Below are positions 5,778 to 14,182 of a stretch of DNA of 64,000 nt, piece after piece. Position numbers and translations under genes: made by a program. The stretch comes from Planctomycetota bacterium (lineage in GTDB: Bacteria > Planctomycetota > B15-G4 > SIAN01): assembly GCA_009691715.1 (NCBI GenBank), contig SIAN01000016.1, positions 389-64,388 on the forward strand, read 5' to 3'. Below the pieces are notes generated by a model. It saw only the letters and a list, made by a program, of their open reading frames with translations, was not told the origin of the DNA and made no database searches. Position 1 is the stretch's first letter, and every line of letters begins with the position of its first letter.

Positions 5778-8750
5778 ATGCGCCGGTTCTTGTTGCTGCT
5801 GCGTGCGCTCGCCGGTGTGCTCACTGTCGTCGCCGCGCTCGGAGGCGCGCTGTCACGGGCGTCGCTGGCGTCGCCGGCGATGCCGATTCAGGCAGGGCCG
5901 GAGGGCTGTCTGCAATGCCATGTAGGTATCGAGTCGATGCACCCTTGGCACGAGCTCTCCTGCACGGCGTGCCACGGCGGCGATGCGAAGGCGGTTCGCA
6001 AGGAGCAGGCGCACGTCCGCCCGCATGTCGCCCCGCCCCACGATGAGCGTCTGTTGCCGCGCGACTTCGACCCGGCTTGGGTGCAGTTCAAGAACCCGAG
6101 CGACCTGCGCATCGTCACGGGCACGTGCGGCGCGTGTCACACCGCGAGCTGCGAGGACCTGTTCAAGTCGCTCCACTGCACGACCGCCGGCCACCTGTCG
6201 GACGGCCTCTACGAGAACGGATTGACGAAGGAGCGGCGCACCCGCTACTCGATCTTCGCGGTGAAGGACGGCGATGGTCGCATTGGCCGGAACGGATTCG
6301 CGGAGTTTCCCGCCTTCCCCGCCAGCGACGACCGCGCGCGAAGTGGAGAGCTCGCCGGCCACGTCGCCGACCTCGGCCGCAAGAGCTGCATGCAGTGCCA
6401 TCTCTGGAGCAACGGCACCGCCGTTCGCGGGCGCCTCGGTCAGGACGGCAACTACCGCGGCAGCGGCTGTTCCGTCTGCCACGTCACCTACGCCGAGGAC
6501 GGCCTGTCGCGCAGTGACGACCCGACCGTCGATCGCTTCGAGCCTGGCCATCCGGAGCGCCACGCGATGGTCAAGGCGCCGCCGACTCAGACCTGCGTGC
6601 GCTGCCACTTCGGCGATGCCTCGATCGGGCTCAACTTTCGCGGGCTGGCGCAACTGGTCCCCGGGATGCCGGCGGGGCCCGAAGTGGCGGGCACGACGCA
6701 CGCATTGCAGAACGGCGTGTTCTATTCCAACGACCCGAAGGTGACGCCTCCCGACGTGCACCACGAGCGCGGCATGCACTGCGTCGACTGCCATACGGTG
6801 CGCGACGTGATGGGCGACGGCGAGCTCTACGGGTTCATGGAGCACGCGGTCGAGATCGAGTGCACCGACTGCCACGGCAGCTTCGATGAAGTGAGTCGCA
6901 TGACGACTTCCCGGGGTCGCAAGCTCGATCATCTGCACGCGAAGGACGGGTTGATCTGGCTCGAGTCGAAGGTGGACGGGAAGAGGCACTACATTCCGCA
7001 GGCCACCCATGTGATTGATCCCGCGCGCCCGGAGTTCAACGCGAAGGCCGCGCGCGCGATGACGCCGAAACACGCGCGGCTCGAGTGCTACACCTGCCAC
7101 GCCGGATGGAACGCCAACTTCCTTGGCTTCCACTTCGATCGCAATGAGTCGTTCTCGCAGCTCGACATCATCTCCGGCGAGCGCACCTCCGGCCGCTGCT
7201 CGACTCAGGAGAAGGTCTTCGCGACTTACCGGCAGTTCTACGTCGGGTGGAATGACGAGGGGATGGTGGCGCCCTATCTGGTCGGCTTCTCGACCATGGG
7301 GAGCGTGCACGGCCGTGACGGCGCGCTCTCCATCGATCAGGCGTTGCCGGTCACCGCGTCTGGAAAATCGGGCATGACCATGGTGCACCACCAGCTCCAT
7401 TCGACGCGTGGACAGGCGCGCGGCTGTGTCGAGTGCCACCGGTCGCCAGCGACGCTTGGCCTCGGTTCGCCGAGCTTTGGGCTCGCGCGCGAAGTCGCAG
7501 CGATCCTCGATGTCCGCGGCGTCCACCTCGTCGCCGTGGATCGCGAGGCGCTCGACGGATCGACGCCGCTCGCGTCCGTGCCGCTGTCCGGTGGAGTTGC
7601 CGTGGCGGCGCGCTGTGACGATCTGCAGGGACGATTCGAGACGCTCTACGTTGCGCTGCAGGGCGCGGGCATCGCCGTGATCGACGCACGTAAGCCGGCC
7701 TTTCCGGAAGTGATCGCCTTCATCGACTGCGACGACCCGCGCGATGTGCTTGTCCGCGGGGAGATGCTGTTCGTTGCCGACGGCAGGGGGGGCGTGAAGC
7801 TGTTCGATGTCGCCGATCCGCGCCGGCCGCGGCTGCTGGTTCGCCTGCCGACCAAGGAGGCGCGCTCGCTCGATCTCGCGTGGCCACACCTCTATGTCGC
7901 CGACGGCGCGGCCGGCATTAAAATCTTCGACGTCGCGACTCCCGGGAAGGTCGACCTTGCCGGCCACCTCGACCTGAACGGCGATCCCGGCTACGACGAC
8001 GACGCGCACGCGGTCAAGGTGATGTTCCAGTACTCACGGCCTGACGACGGTTTTGGTGAACGCAGCACGGCGCGCAAGTTGGCCGTCATCGCGGGCGGAT
8101 TGCAGGGCTACTTCTTGTTCGACGTGACCGAGGTCGGCGAGCCAGAACGGTTGTTCCCTCCGGGCGGAACGCCAATCCCGAGGACGACGACGGCTTCCCC
8201 GCCGGAGAGCACCAATCGAGTGCTCGACGTGCAGGTCTTGTCGCGGTTCGACCTCGGCAGCCCGGGCGGCGATATCCCGACTGAAGAACACGACTACGCG
8301 TTGTTCGCGGTGCAACCGCTCGAGGAGACGATGACCCCGGGGGCGCTCGCGATCGTGCGCATCACCGATCCCGAGGCGCCGAAGAGCGTCGCCGCCACGC
8401 CGATGCCTGACGGCGCTTTTCGCCTCGCAACGGCCGCGTGGTACCAACCGCCATTCCTCCGCCGCTACGCGCTCGTCGCCGGACGCAACGCGACGGCCGT
8501 CGTCGAAACCTCCGCGAGCGACAAGCCCGCCTTGGTCGGGACGCTGTTCGGCGAGGCGTTGCGCGTGCGCGACGTCGTGGTGGAGGAGTTTCCGCTCGAT
8601 CGGATGGTCGACGAGGCCGGCAAGACGCTGAAGGACATCTCCCACGAAGGGTCGCGGTATTTCGATCTCGCTGAGATCACGCGTCTTCTGCACGTCCCGC
8701 TCGCGGCGGAGGATCGTCTCGGGTTTCGCTTCGAGGAGGGCGGACGATGA
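5778..8750 (+). CDS. Secreted decaheme c-type cytochrome fused to C-terminal LVIVD-repeat (beta-propeller) domain
   Basis: Signal peptide. Ten CxxCH motifs (CLQCH, CTACH, CGACH, CMQCH, CSVCH, CVRCH, CVDCH, CTDCH, CYTCH, CVECH). Then repeats such as GGVKLFDVADPRRPRLL, AGIKIFDVATPGKVDL and GIAVIDARKPAFPEVI. Confidence 0.9.
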   Translation: MRRFLLLLRALAGVLTVVAALGGALSRASLASPAMPIQAGPEGCLQCHVGIESMHPWHELSCTACHGGDAKAVRKEQAHVRPHVAPPHDERLLPRDFDPAWVQFKNPSDLRIVTGTCGACHTASCEDLFKSLHCTTAGHLSDGLYENGLTKERRTRYSIFAVKDGDGRIGRNGFAEFPAFPASDDRARSGELAGHVADLGRKSCMQCHLWSNGTAVRGRLGQDGNYRGSGCSVCHVTYAEDGLSRSDDPTVDRFEPGHPERHAMVKAPPTQTCVRCHFGDASIGLNFRGLAQLVPGMPAGPEVAGTTHALQNGVFYSNDPKVTPPDVHHERGMHCVDCHTVRDVMGDGELYGFMEHAVEIECTDCHGSFDEVSRMTTSRGRKLDHLHAKDGLIWLESKVDGKRHYIPQATHVIDPARPEFNAKAARAMTPKHARLECYTCHAGWNANFLGFHFDRNESFSQLDIISGERTSGRCSTQEKVFATYRQFYVGWNDEGMVAPYLVGFSTMGSVHGRDGALSIDQALPVTASGKSGMTMVHHQLHSTRGQARGCVECHRSPATLGLGSPSFGLAREVAAILDVRGVHLVAVDREALDGSTPLASVPLSGGVAVAARCDDLQGRFETLYVALQGAGIAVIDARKPAFPEVIAFIDCDDPRDVLVRGEMLFVADGRGGVKLFDVADPRRPRLLVRLPTKEARSLDLAWPHLYVADGAAGIKIFDVATPGKVDLAGHLDLNGDPGYDDDAHAVKVMFQYSRPDDGFGERSTARKLAVIAGGLQGYFLFDVTEVGEPERLFPPGGTPIPRTTTASPPESTNRVLDVQVLSRFDLGSPGGDIPTEEHDYALFAVQPLEETMTPGALAIVRITDPEAPKSVAATPMPDGAFRLATAAWYQPPFLRRYALVAGRNATAVVETSASDKPALVGTLFGEALRVRDVVVEEFPLDRMVDEAGKTLKDISHEGSRYFDLAEITRLLHVPLAAEDRLGFRFEEGGR

Positions 8751-9994
8751 GCCGGTGGGCGCAGGCTGTGTCGTCTCTGGCGGTTGTGGCGCTCTTCGTC
8801 CCGTTGGCTTCGGCGCAGGCCGGCAGTGGTGCCGCGAAGCAGTTCCTTGCCAGCCTCGACCTTGACGGCAACGGCTACGTCGGCCGCGATGAGTGGAGCG
8901 GCAGCGGCGCGACGTTTGTCCTTCTCGACGTCGACCTCGACGGTTGGCTCACCGGTCCGGAGCTCACGAAGTCGACCAAGGCGGGCGCGCGCGCCGTCGA
9001 AGCTCCCGATCCGAGTCGCCTCGCGGTGGCGATCGGCGACCTGCCCGATCTCGTCGAGCCCTTCCGTCGCAGCTGCCTCGCCTGCCACGATCAGCAGCGG
9101 GTGGAGCGGGCGGCGAAGGACGCGAAGGGTTGGTCCGAGACCGTGCGCAAGATGCGTGAGAAGAAGGAGGCGTCGATCACGGAGAAGGACGCGCGCGCGA
9201 TCGTCGAGTGGCTTTCGGACCAACGCGCGCGGGTTGCGCTGTCGCTGGCAAGCTTCGGCACCGGCGATCCGGTCGGCGCGTGGGGCATGGTGATCGGCGG
9301 GGGCGACCTCCACTTGTTCGACCGCGACCGCAACGGAAAGCTCGAGGGTGGCGAGTTGGCGCGGCTGATCCACCAGCGCGCTGATCTCGACCGGGACCAA
9401 CTCCTGTCGCCGGGCGAGCTAGCGCTGCTGCCGCTCGCGGTCGACCGCCGCGCGCTGTTCCAGAAGCTCGATCGCGACAAGAACGGCGGAGTCAGCCTGA
9501 AGGAGCTCGGGATTCCAGCGCCGCTCCTCCAATTGTTCGACCGAAACGCCGACCAGCAGCTCGAGCGCGGCGAGCTGCCGAGTTCGCGCCGCTACGGCGG
9601 GCCGATCTCGATGATCCTGATCGGTGACGCGAAGACGGCGCTCGATCTCCTCGACCGGGATCACGACAAGAGCCTCTCCGCCGCCGAGCTCGCTCGCTTT
9701 CCGCGGACGCTCATGCGCTTCGACGGCGACAACAACGCCAGCCTCGATCCGAAGGAGCTTGAGACCGCGGTCACAGCTGGTCGTGCCGAAGGCCCTCTCG
9801 CGGCCTTCGACGACTTCTTCACCCGCTACGACCTCGACGGTGATGGCAGCGTCGCACGCCGCGAGTTTCCGGGTCGAGACGCCGCGTTCGCCCGCCTCGA
9901 TCTCGACGGCGACGGCGTGCTGACGTCGCGCGACGCGCAAGGCGGCATGACCCGAGTCGACTTCACGCCCGAGGCGTTGCGCTGGCGCGATTGA
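8747..9994 (+). CDS. Secreted multi-EF-hand calcium-binding protein with one c-type heme motif
   Basis: ATGA overlap with the upstream stop. Signal peptide (..LASAQAG). Ten DxDx(D/N)G..-type 12-residue loops (DLDGNGYVGRDE, DRDRNGKLEGGE, DLDGDGSVARRE...). One CLACH motif. Confidence 0.85.
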   Translation: MSRWAQAVSSLAVVALFVPLASAQAGSGAAKQFLASLDLDGNGYVGRDEWSGSGATFVLLDVDLDGWLTGPELTKSTKAGARAVEAPDPSRLAVAIGDLPDLVEPFRRSCLACHDQQRVERAAKDAKGWSETVRKMREKKEASITEKDARAIVEWLSDQRARVALSLASFGTGDPVGAWGMVIGGGDLHLFDRDRNGKLEGGELARLIHQRADLDRDQLLSPGELALLPLAVDRRALFQKLDRDKNGGVSLKELGIPAPLLQLFDRNADQQLERGELPSSRRYGGPISMILIGDAKTALDLLDRDHDKSLSAAELARFPRTLMRFDGDNNASLDPKELETAVTAGRAEGPLAAFDDFFTRYDLDGDGSVARREFPGRDAAFARLDLDGDGVLTSRDAQGGMTRVDFTPEALRWRD

Positions 9995-9999
9995 ATCCT

Positions 10000-10329
10000 C
10001 TAACGCAGGATCTCGATTCCGCCGTGCGCGATGGAGAAGAGCACGCACGGCGGACCGTCGGCGAACGCGATCGGCGCGTGGATCGAACCGGCCTCGAATC
10101 GCCGGAACTCGCCCATCCGATGCTCGCCACGCTCGTCGCGGAAGCCGCCTTGGAGAACGAAGACCTCCTCGTCGCCGACATGGCGATGGCGCGGGTACGC
10201 GCACCCTGGATCCATGCGCACCAACACCGCCGCGTCGCCGGTCGCCGCATCGGTCCACAGCTCTTTCACGTAGATGCCGGCTCGCCGCGAAACCGGCCAG
10301 TCGACAGCCATCGGATCGAAGCGCATCAT
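10000..10329 (-). CDS. ChrR-like cupin domain protein
   Basis: MMRFDPM...PGCAYPRHRHVGDEEVFVLQGGFRDERGEH..G.....AGSIHAP is a cupin motif. ORF-track extension to 10710 rejected because it overlaps mazG. TAG stop. Confidence 0.75.
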   Translation of the reverse strand: MMRFDPMAVDWPVSRRAGIYVKELWTDAATGDAAVLVRMDPGCAYPRHRHVGDEEVFVLQGGFRDERGEHRMGEFRRFEAGSIHAPIAFADGPPCVLFSIAHGGIEILR

Positions 10330-10365
10330 CCGCCGCCCTTTCCGCCGCGTCCCAGGAGTTGCCGC

Positions 10366-11154
10366 ATGGATCCGCGCGTTGTCGAGCTTACGCGCCTCGC
10401 CGCGATCGTCGACCAGCTTCGCGACGACTGTCCATGGGATCGCGAGCAGACGCTGGCGACGATGGCGCCGTGCGCGCAGGAGGAGGCGGCCGAGGTCGCG
10501 GATGCGGTTGCCGCAGGCGGTTCGGACGCGATCTGCGAGGAACTCGGCGATCTGCTGATGAACGTGTTGCTCATGGGCCGCATCGCGGAACAGGAGGGGC
10601 GATTCAGCCTTGCCGACATCGCGCGGCGAATCTCGGAGAAGCTGGTCCATCGCCATCCTCACGTCTTCGGCGACGCGCACGCGCGCATTTCGCAGCAGGT
10701 GCTGTCGCAATGGGATCGGATCAAGGATGCGGAGCGCGCGTCGAAGGGTGGACGCGACCTGGCGCAGTCGCTGCTCGACGAAGTGCCAGAACGGATGTCA
10801 TCGCTGGCACGGGCGCAGAAGCTCGGCAAGAAGGCGGCGAAAGTCGGGTTCGACTGGCCCGACGCTACGGGCGCGTTCGAGAAGGTGCATGAGGAGTTGC
10901 GAGAGCTCGAGGCGGAGCGTGCCGACCATGCGGCGCCCCCGCGCCTGCAGGCGGAGCTTGGCGACCTGCTGTTTGCGGTCGTGAACGTCGCCCGCAAGCT
11001 CGATCTCGACGCGGACCAGGCGCTGCGCGAGGCCAGCGCGCGCTTCGACCGCCGGTTCCGGCACGTGGAGCAGACGTTCGGCGCGCAACTGGCCGGGACG
11101 ACTCTCGCCGAAATGGAGCGGGCCTGGAAAGCGGCGAAGGCGGCTGGGCTCTGA
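10366..11154 (+). CDS. mazG: Nucleoside triphosphate pyrophosphohydrolase MazG
   Basis: AGGAG lies 7 nt before ATG 10366. CPWDREQT, EEAAEVADA and HPHVFGD, with duplicated MazG domains. Track start 9991 rejected. Confidence 0.9.
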   Translation: MDPRVVELTRLAAIVDQLRDDCPWDREQTLATMAPCAQEEAAEVADAVAAGGSDAICEELGDLLMNVLLMGRIAEQEGRFSLADIARRISEKLVHRHPHVFGDAHARISQQVLSQWDRIKDAERASKGGRDLAQSLLDEVPERMSSLARAQKLGKKAAKVGFDWPDATGAFEKVHEELRELEAERADHAAPPRLQAELGDLLFAVVNVARKLDLDADQALREASARFDRRFRHVEQTFGAQLAGTTLAEMERAWKAAKAAGL

Positions 11155-11277
11155 GCCGCGAACGTCGGCGCTCATCCGACTCCGGGGAGAGCCCGGCAGG
11201 CCGACGCCTTGCCGACTCCGGAAGTGGCGTTATAGAAAGCGGCAATGCCTGGTTAGGGATTGCGCGGAGTCGCACCG

Positions 11278-12174
11278 ATGGTGCCCCCCAACCCGTCGTG
11301 CCTGCGTGCCTTGGTTTCGCTGCTCTCTGACGAGAACCCGCGCGTCTGCGCTCAGGCGCGGCGGGCGTTGCGTGACCACGGCCAGCGTTCGTTCGCCTAC
11401 CTCGATGAGGCGATCGATGGCGCCGACGCGCGCCTGCGCGGCCGAGCGCGGCTCTTCCGCGAGGAATTGCGTGGTGGACTGCTCGAAGTCGAGATGCGTC
11501 GGCTCGGTGAGCGCATCGATGACGATCCCGAGGCGCTCGAGGCGGGATGTCTGCTGTTGGCGCGGACGCGTCGTTTCGAGCTCGACGATCGCTCGATGAC
11601 GGCGGGGCTCGACGCGATGGCTGATGACCTGGGCGCGCGCCTCGGCAGCGAACGGGAGCCGGCGATCGTCGTCGACGTGATGACCCGATTCTTGTCGTGG
11701 GAGCTAGGCTTCCAAGGCAACCAACGCAACTACTATGACCCCGAAAACTGGTTCCTCGACCGGGTTCTCGACCGCCGTCTCGGGATCCCGATCTCGCTCT
11801 GCACGGTCTACCTGTTCGTTGCCCGCCGCCTCGACCTGCCGCTGATCGGCATCGGGTTGCCAGGGCACTTCATCCTGAAGCACGCCGTCGCTGAGCCTTC
11901 GATCTTCATCGACCCGTTCCACGGCGGCCGTGTGTTCGGTGAAGCCGAGTGCCTGCGTTTCCTGGAGGAGCGGTCAGTCGGGTACGACCCGGGCATCCTT
12001 CTGCCGATGTCGGACGGCGCGATGCTGCTGCGGATGATGCGCAACCTCATCCAGAGCTATCGCAATCGTGGCGATCACGGCCGCGTTGTGCTCCTGCAAC
12101 GGATGAAGAGCATGCTGGTTGGCGAAGAGGTTTCCGGATCCGAACTCGGAGCCGGCGGGGAGCAGGAGCGCTGA
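11278..12174 (+). CDS. SirB1/YchA-like transglutaminase-like (Transglut_core2) family protein
   Basis: NYYDPENWFLDRVLDRRLGIPISLCTVYLFVARRLDLPLIGIGLPGHFILK motif. GGAG lies 8 nt before ATG 11278 (track start TTG 11260). Confidence 0.75.
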   Translation: MVPPNPSCLRALVSLLSDENPRVCAQARRALRDHGQRSFAYLDEAIDGADARLRGRARLFREELRGGLLEVEMRRLGERIDDDPEALEAGCLLLARTRRFELDDRSMTAGLDAMADDLGARLGSEREPAIVVDVMTRFLSWELGFQGNQRNYYDPENWFLDRVLDRRLGIPISLCTVYLFVARRLDLPLIGIGLPGHFILKHAVAEPSIFIDPFHGGRVFGEAECLRFLEERSVGYDPGILLPMSDGAMLLRMMRNLIQSYRNRGDHGRVVLLQRMKSMLVGEEVSGSELGAGGEQER

Positions 12175-12267
12175 CCTGACTCCCGCGAATCCGCTGCTAC
12201 AATCCCGCGCCATGGTGGTTCGAAGGGTGCCCGGAGAACCGGGCGGACGAAGAGCGGGAGGGCAGCG

Positions 12268-12645
12268 ATGGTGTTCACTGGAATTCGTCATTGGTCAGCG
12301 GTGCGAGCGACGCTTCGGTCCGCGGCGGCGACGGTCGCTGTCTGCGCGCTGGCGGCGTGCAAGGGCACGTCTGAAGCCGATCAGTCGATCCCTGAGGAGC
12401 CGGTCGGTTACGACTCGAGCTATGACAGTTCCGCCGACGACTCGCGCACGACCGACACTTCGCGCGCGGCGGCAACTCTGATGGCGCGGACTCACATCGT
12501 TAAGAAGGGCGACACGCTCTTCGCGCTGGCACGCCAGTACTACGCTGACGTTGCGCAGTGGAGGCGGATCCTGGAAGCGAACAGCGGACGGATCGCCAAC
12601 AAGGACCAGTTGAAGATCGGCCAGGAACTCGTCATTCCCGAATGA
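12268..12645 (+). CDS. LysM-domain lipoprotein
   Basis: GGGAGGG Shine-Dalgarno. Lipobox ALAAC. C-terminal LysM (HIVKKGDTLFALARQYY...IGQELVIP). Confidence 0.85.
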   Translation: MVFTGIRHWSAVRATLRSAAATVAVCALAACKGTSEADQSIPEEPVGYDSSYDSSADDSRTTDTSRAAATLMARTHIVKKGDTLFALARQYYADVAQWRRILEANSGRIANKDQLKIGQELVIPE

Positions 12646-12675
12646 CGATCGACGGGAGCGCGTGACTCGACCTGC

Positions 12676-13035
12676 ATGACCATGTCTCCCCCGATCCTAG
12701 TCCTGGTCCAAGACCTCTTCTTCCGCGCGAAGATCGAGGCAACAGCGCGCGCTGGCGGTTGGCCGGTGTGGTGCGTGCACGATGTCGCGTCGTTGCCGGA
12801 CGCCGTCGCATGCCGGGCCTGTCTGATCGATCTCGAGTCGGCCGGTGCTGATGCGCTCGCGCGGTTGCCCGGGATCGCCGCGCGGGTGCCGACGATCGCG
12901 TTCGCGTCGCATGGCCGGATCGACCTGCTCGAAGCCGCGCGAGCAGCCGGTTGCCGCGAGGCGCTGCCGCGCTCGCGGCTCGCCGCCGAGCTTGCGCGCG
13001 TACTCGGTTCGCTCGCTGCAGGCGGCGATCCGTGA
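12676..13035 (+). CDS. Degenerate CheY-like receiver-fold protein
   Basis: ILVLVQD...CLIDLES...TIAFASHG... layout of a receiver domain with non-canonical acidic pocket and Lys. 119 aa. Confidence 0.55.
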   Translation: MTMSPPILVLVQDLFFRAKIEATARAGGWPVWCVHDVASLPDAVACRACLIDLESAGADALARLPGIAARVPTIAFASHGRIDLLEAARAAGCREALPRSRLAAELARVLGSLAAGGDP

Positions 13036-14174
13036 CCGCGACCCGATGGTCGACGGCGGTGGCGTTGGCCGCCGCTGGTGTCGTCGGGGGGTGCGCGAAG
13101 GGCTCGTCCGGCAGCTCGAGCGAGGGCGCGCCGTCGGTGGAGCATTCGCTCGCGGTTCCGGACGAGACTGCGCCATCGGCTGTCGCGCCGCCGCCTAGCG
13201 GTCCCGCTTCTTCGCCGCGCGGGCGCTTCGTCAACAGCGACGCCGAACCTTTTGCCTTCGCGGTCGAACCGGACTCGATCGAACTTGGCGTGCTGCGTCC
13301 CGATGAGGATTCGGACTGCGCGTTCGAGATCGTCAACCGCGACTCGCGCCCGCTGCGGCTCGTCAACATCGACGGATCCTGCGACTGCGTCGCGTTCGAA
13401 TACACCCGCGGTGACCTGCCACCGGGGACGCGCCGCAAGGTGGTGGTAAAGGTCAAGGCGGAGAATCGCGGCAACAAGGTGCTGACCGTGTTCGTGCAAG
13501 CGAACGATCGGGTCGTGACCACCCACGAATTGGCGATCCGATACTCGATCGAGCCCGCCCTCGTGTTCGAACCGCCGCGTGCCGACTTTGGCCAGCGGGT
13601 GATCGGTTCTCCCGGCCGTCTTGAGGTGCGCGTCCGCTATCGATTGCCGATCGGGTGCGAGCCACTGACGCTCGCGCCGAAGTGGGTGACTGAAGTCCCG
13701 GCGACGTTCGAGCTTGGCGGCGCACGAGCGGAGCCCTCGGGTGGCGGCCTGGTCGATTTCGATCAACCGCTCGTGCTCGTGCTCGAGGCGAGCCACGCGT
13801 TCAAGTCCTTCAAGTCGGAACTGCTCTTCGAGGGTGTCGGCCATCGCCGCTCGGCGCTTCCCGTGACCGGCTCCGTCCACGCCGAGACATGGCTCGATCC
13901 GGCGGAGCTTCACCTCGGAGTGACTGAGGTGGGAAAGCTTCGCCAGGGGGCCGTCCGGCTACGCTGGACCGTGGAGCCGGTGAATGCCGATGAGATCACC
14001 TGTTCCGTCCCGGAACTGAGGGCGCAGGCGTCGCCGGAACGCGGTGCGCGCGCCCTTCGGATCCAGGTCGAATTCGAGCCGAAGGTCTCTGGCGAGTTCG
14101 CCGGAGACGTCACGATCCGCACCAAGCAGGCAGAGGAACCTCTGGTCCTCCGCGTGCGCGCCAAGGTCCGCTGA
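13032..14174 (+). CDS. DUF1573-like (Ig-fold) lipoprotein, paralog 1
   Basis: GTG 13032 overlaps the upstream TGA (GTGA). Lipobox VVGGC. FEIVNRDSRPLRLVNIDGSCDCV resembles the DUF1573 signature (..N.G..PL.I..V..SCGC). Track start 12951 rejected. Confidence 0.75.
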   Translation: MTATRWSTAVALAAAGVVGGCAKGSSGSSSEGAPSVEHSLAVPDETAPSAVAPPPSGPASSPRGRFVNSDAEPFAFAVEPDSIELGVLRPDEDSDCAFEIVNRDSRPLRLVNIDGSCDCVAFEYTRGDLPPGTRRKVVVKVKAENRGNKVLTVFVQANDRVVTTHELAIRYSIEPALVFEPPRADFGQRVIGSPGRLEVRVRYRLPIGCEPLTLAPKWVTEVPATFELGGARAEPSGGGLVDFDQPLVLVLEASHAFKSFKSELLFEGVGHRRSALPVTGSVHAETWLDPAELHLGVTEVGKLRQGAVRLRWTVEPVNADEITCSVPELRAQASPERGARALRIQVEFEPKVSGEFAGDVTIRTKQAEEPLVLRVRAKVR

Positions 14175-14182
14175 GGAAAGAC

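Noticed and set aside
5853-8009. 718-aa ORF antisense to the decaheme cytochrome gene
   Set aside because: This is a typical high-GC shadow ORF. It is Arg/Ala/Gly-rich with no motifs, and the sense strand carries ten CxxCH motifs and LVIVD repeats.
9991-10365. N-terminal extension of mazG given by the ORF track (similar long extensions: 20103..20528 kinase, 24496..24714 pyrG, 25280..25924 ICMT, 30903..31847 HAD, 31677..32204 HD-GYP, 49930..50316 priA, 58269..58367 carA, 62632..62772 aminotransferase)
   Set aside because: The extensions overlap neighbouring genes and are Arg/Pro-rich. Family-typical N-termini with Shine-Dalgarno sequences or start/stop overlaps exist downstream.
12211-12230. 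ggttcgaa string as a tRNA T-arm (also similar strings inside coding regions near 10850, 53871 and 60285)
   Set aside because: I could not build a surrounding cloverleaf (acceptor stem, anticodon arm). The other occurrences lie inside well-supported CDS.
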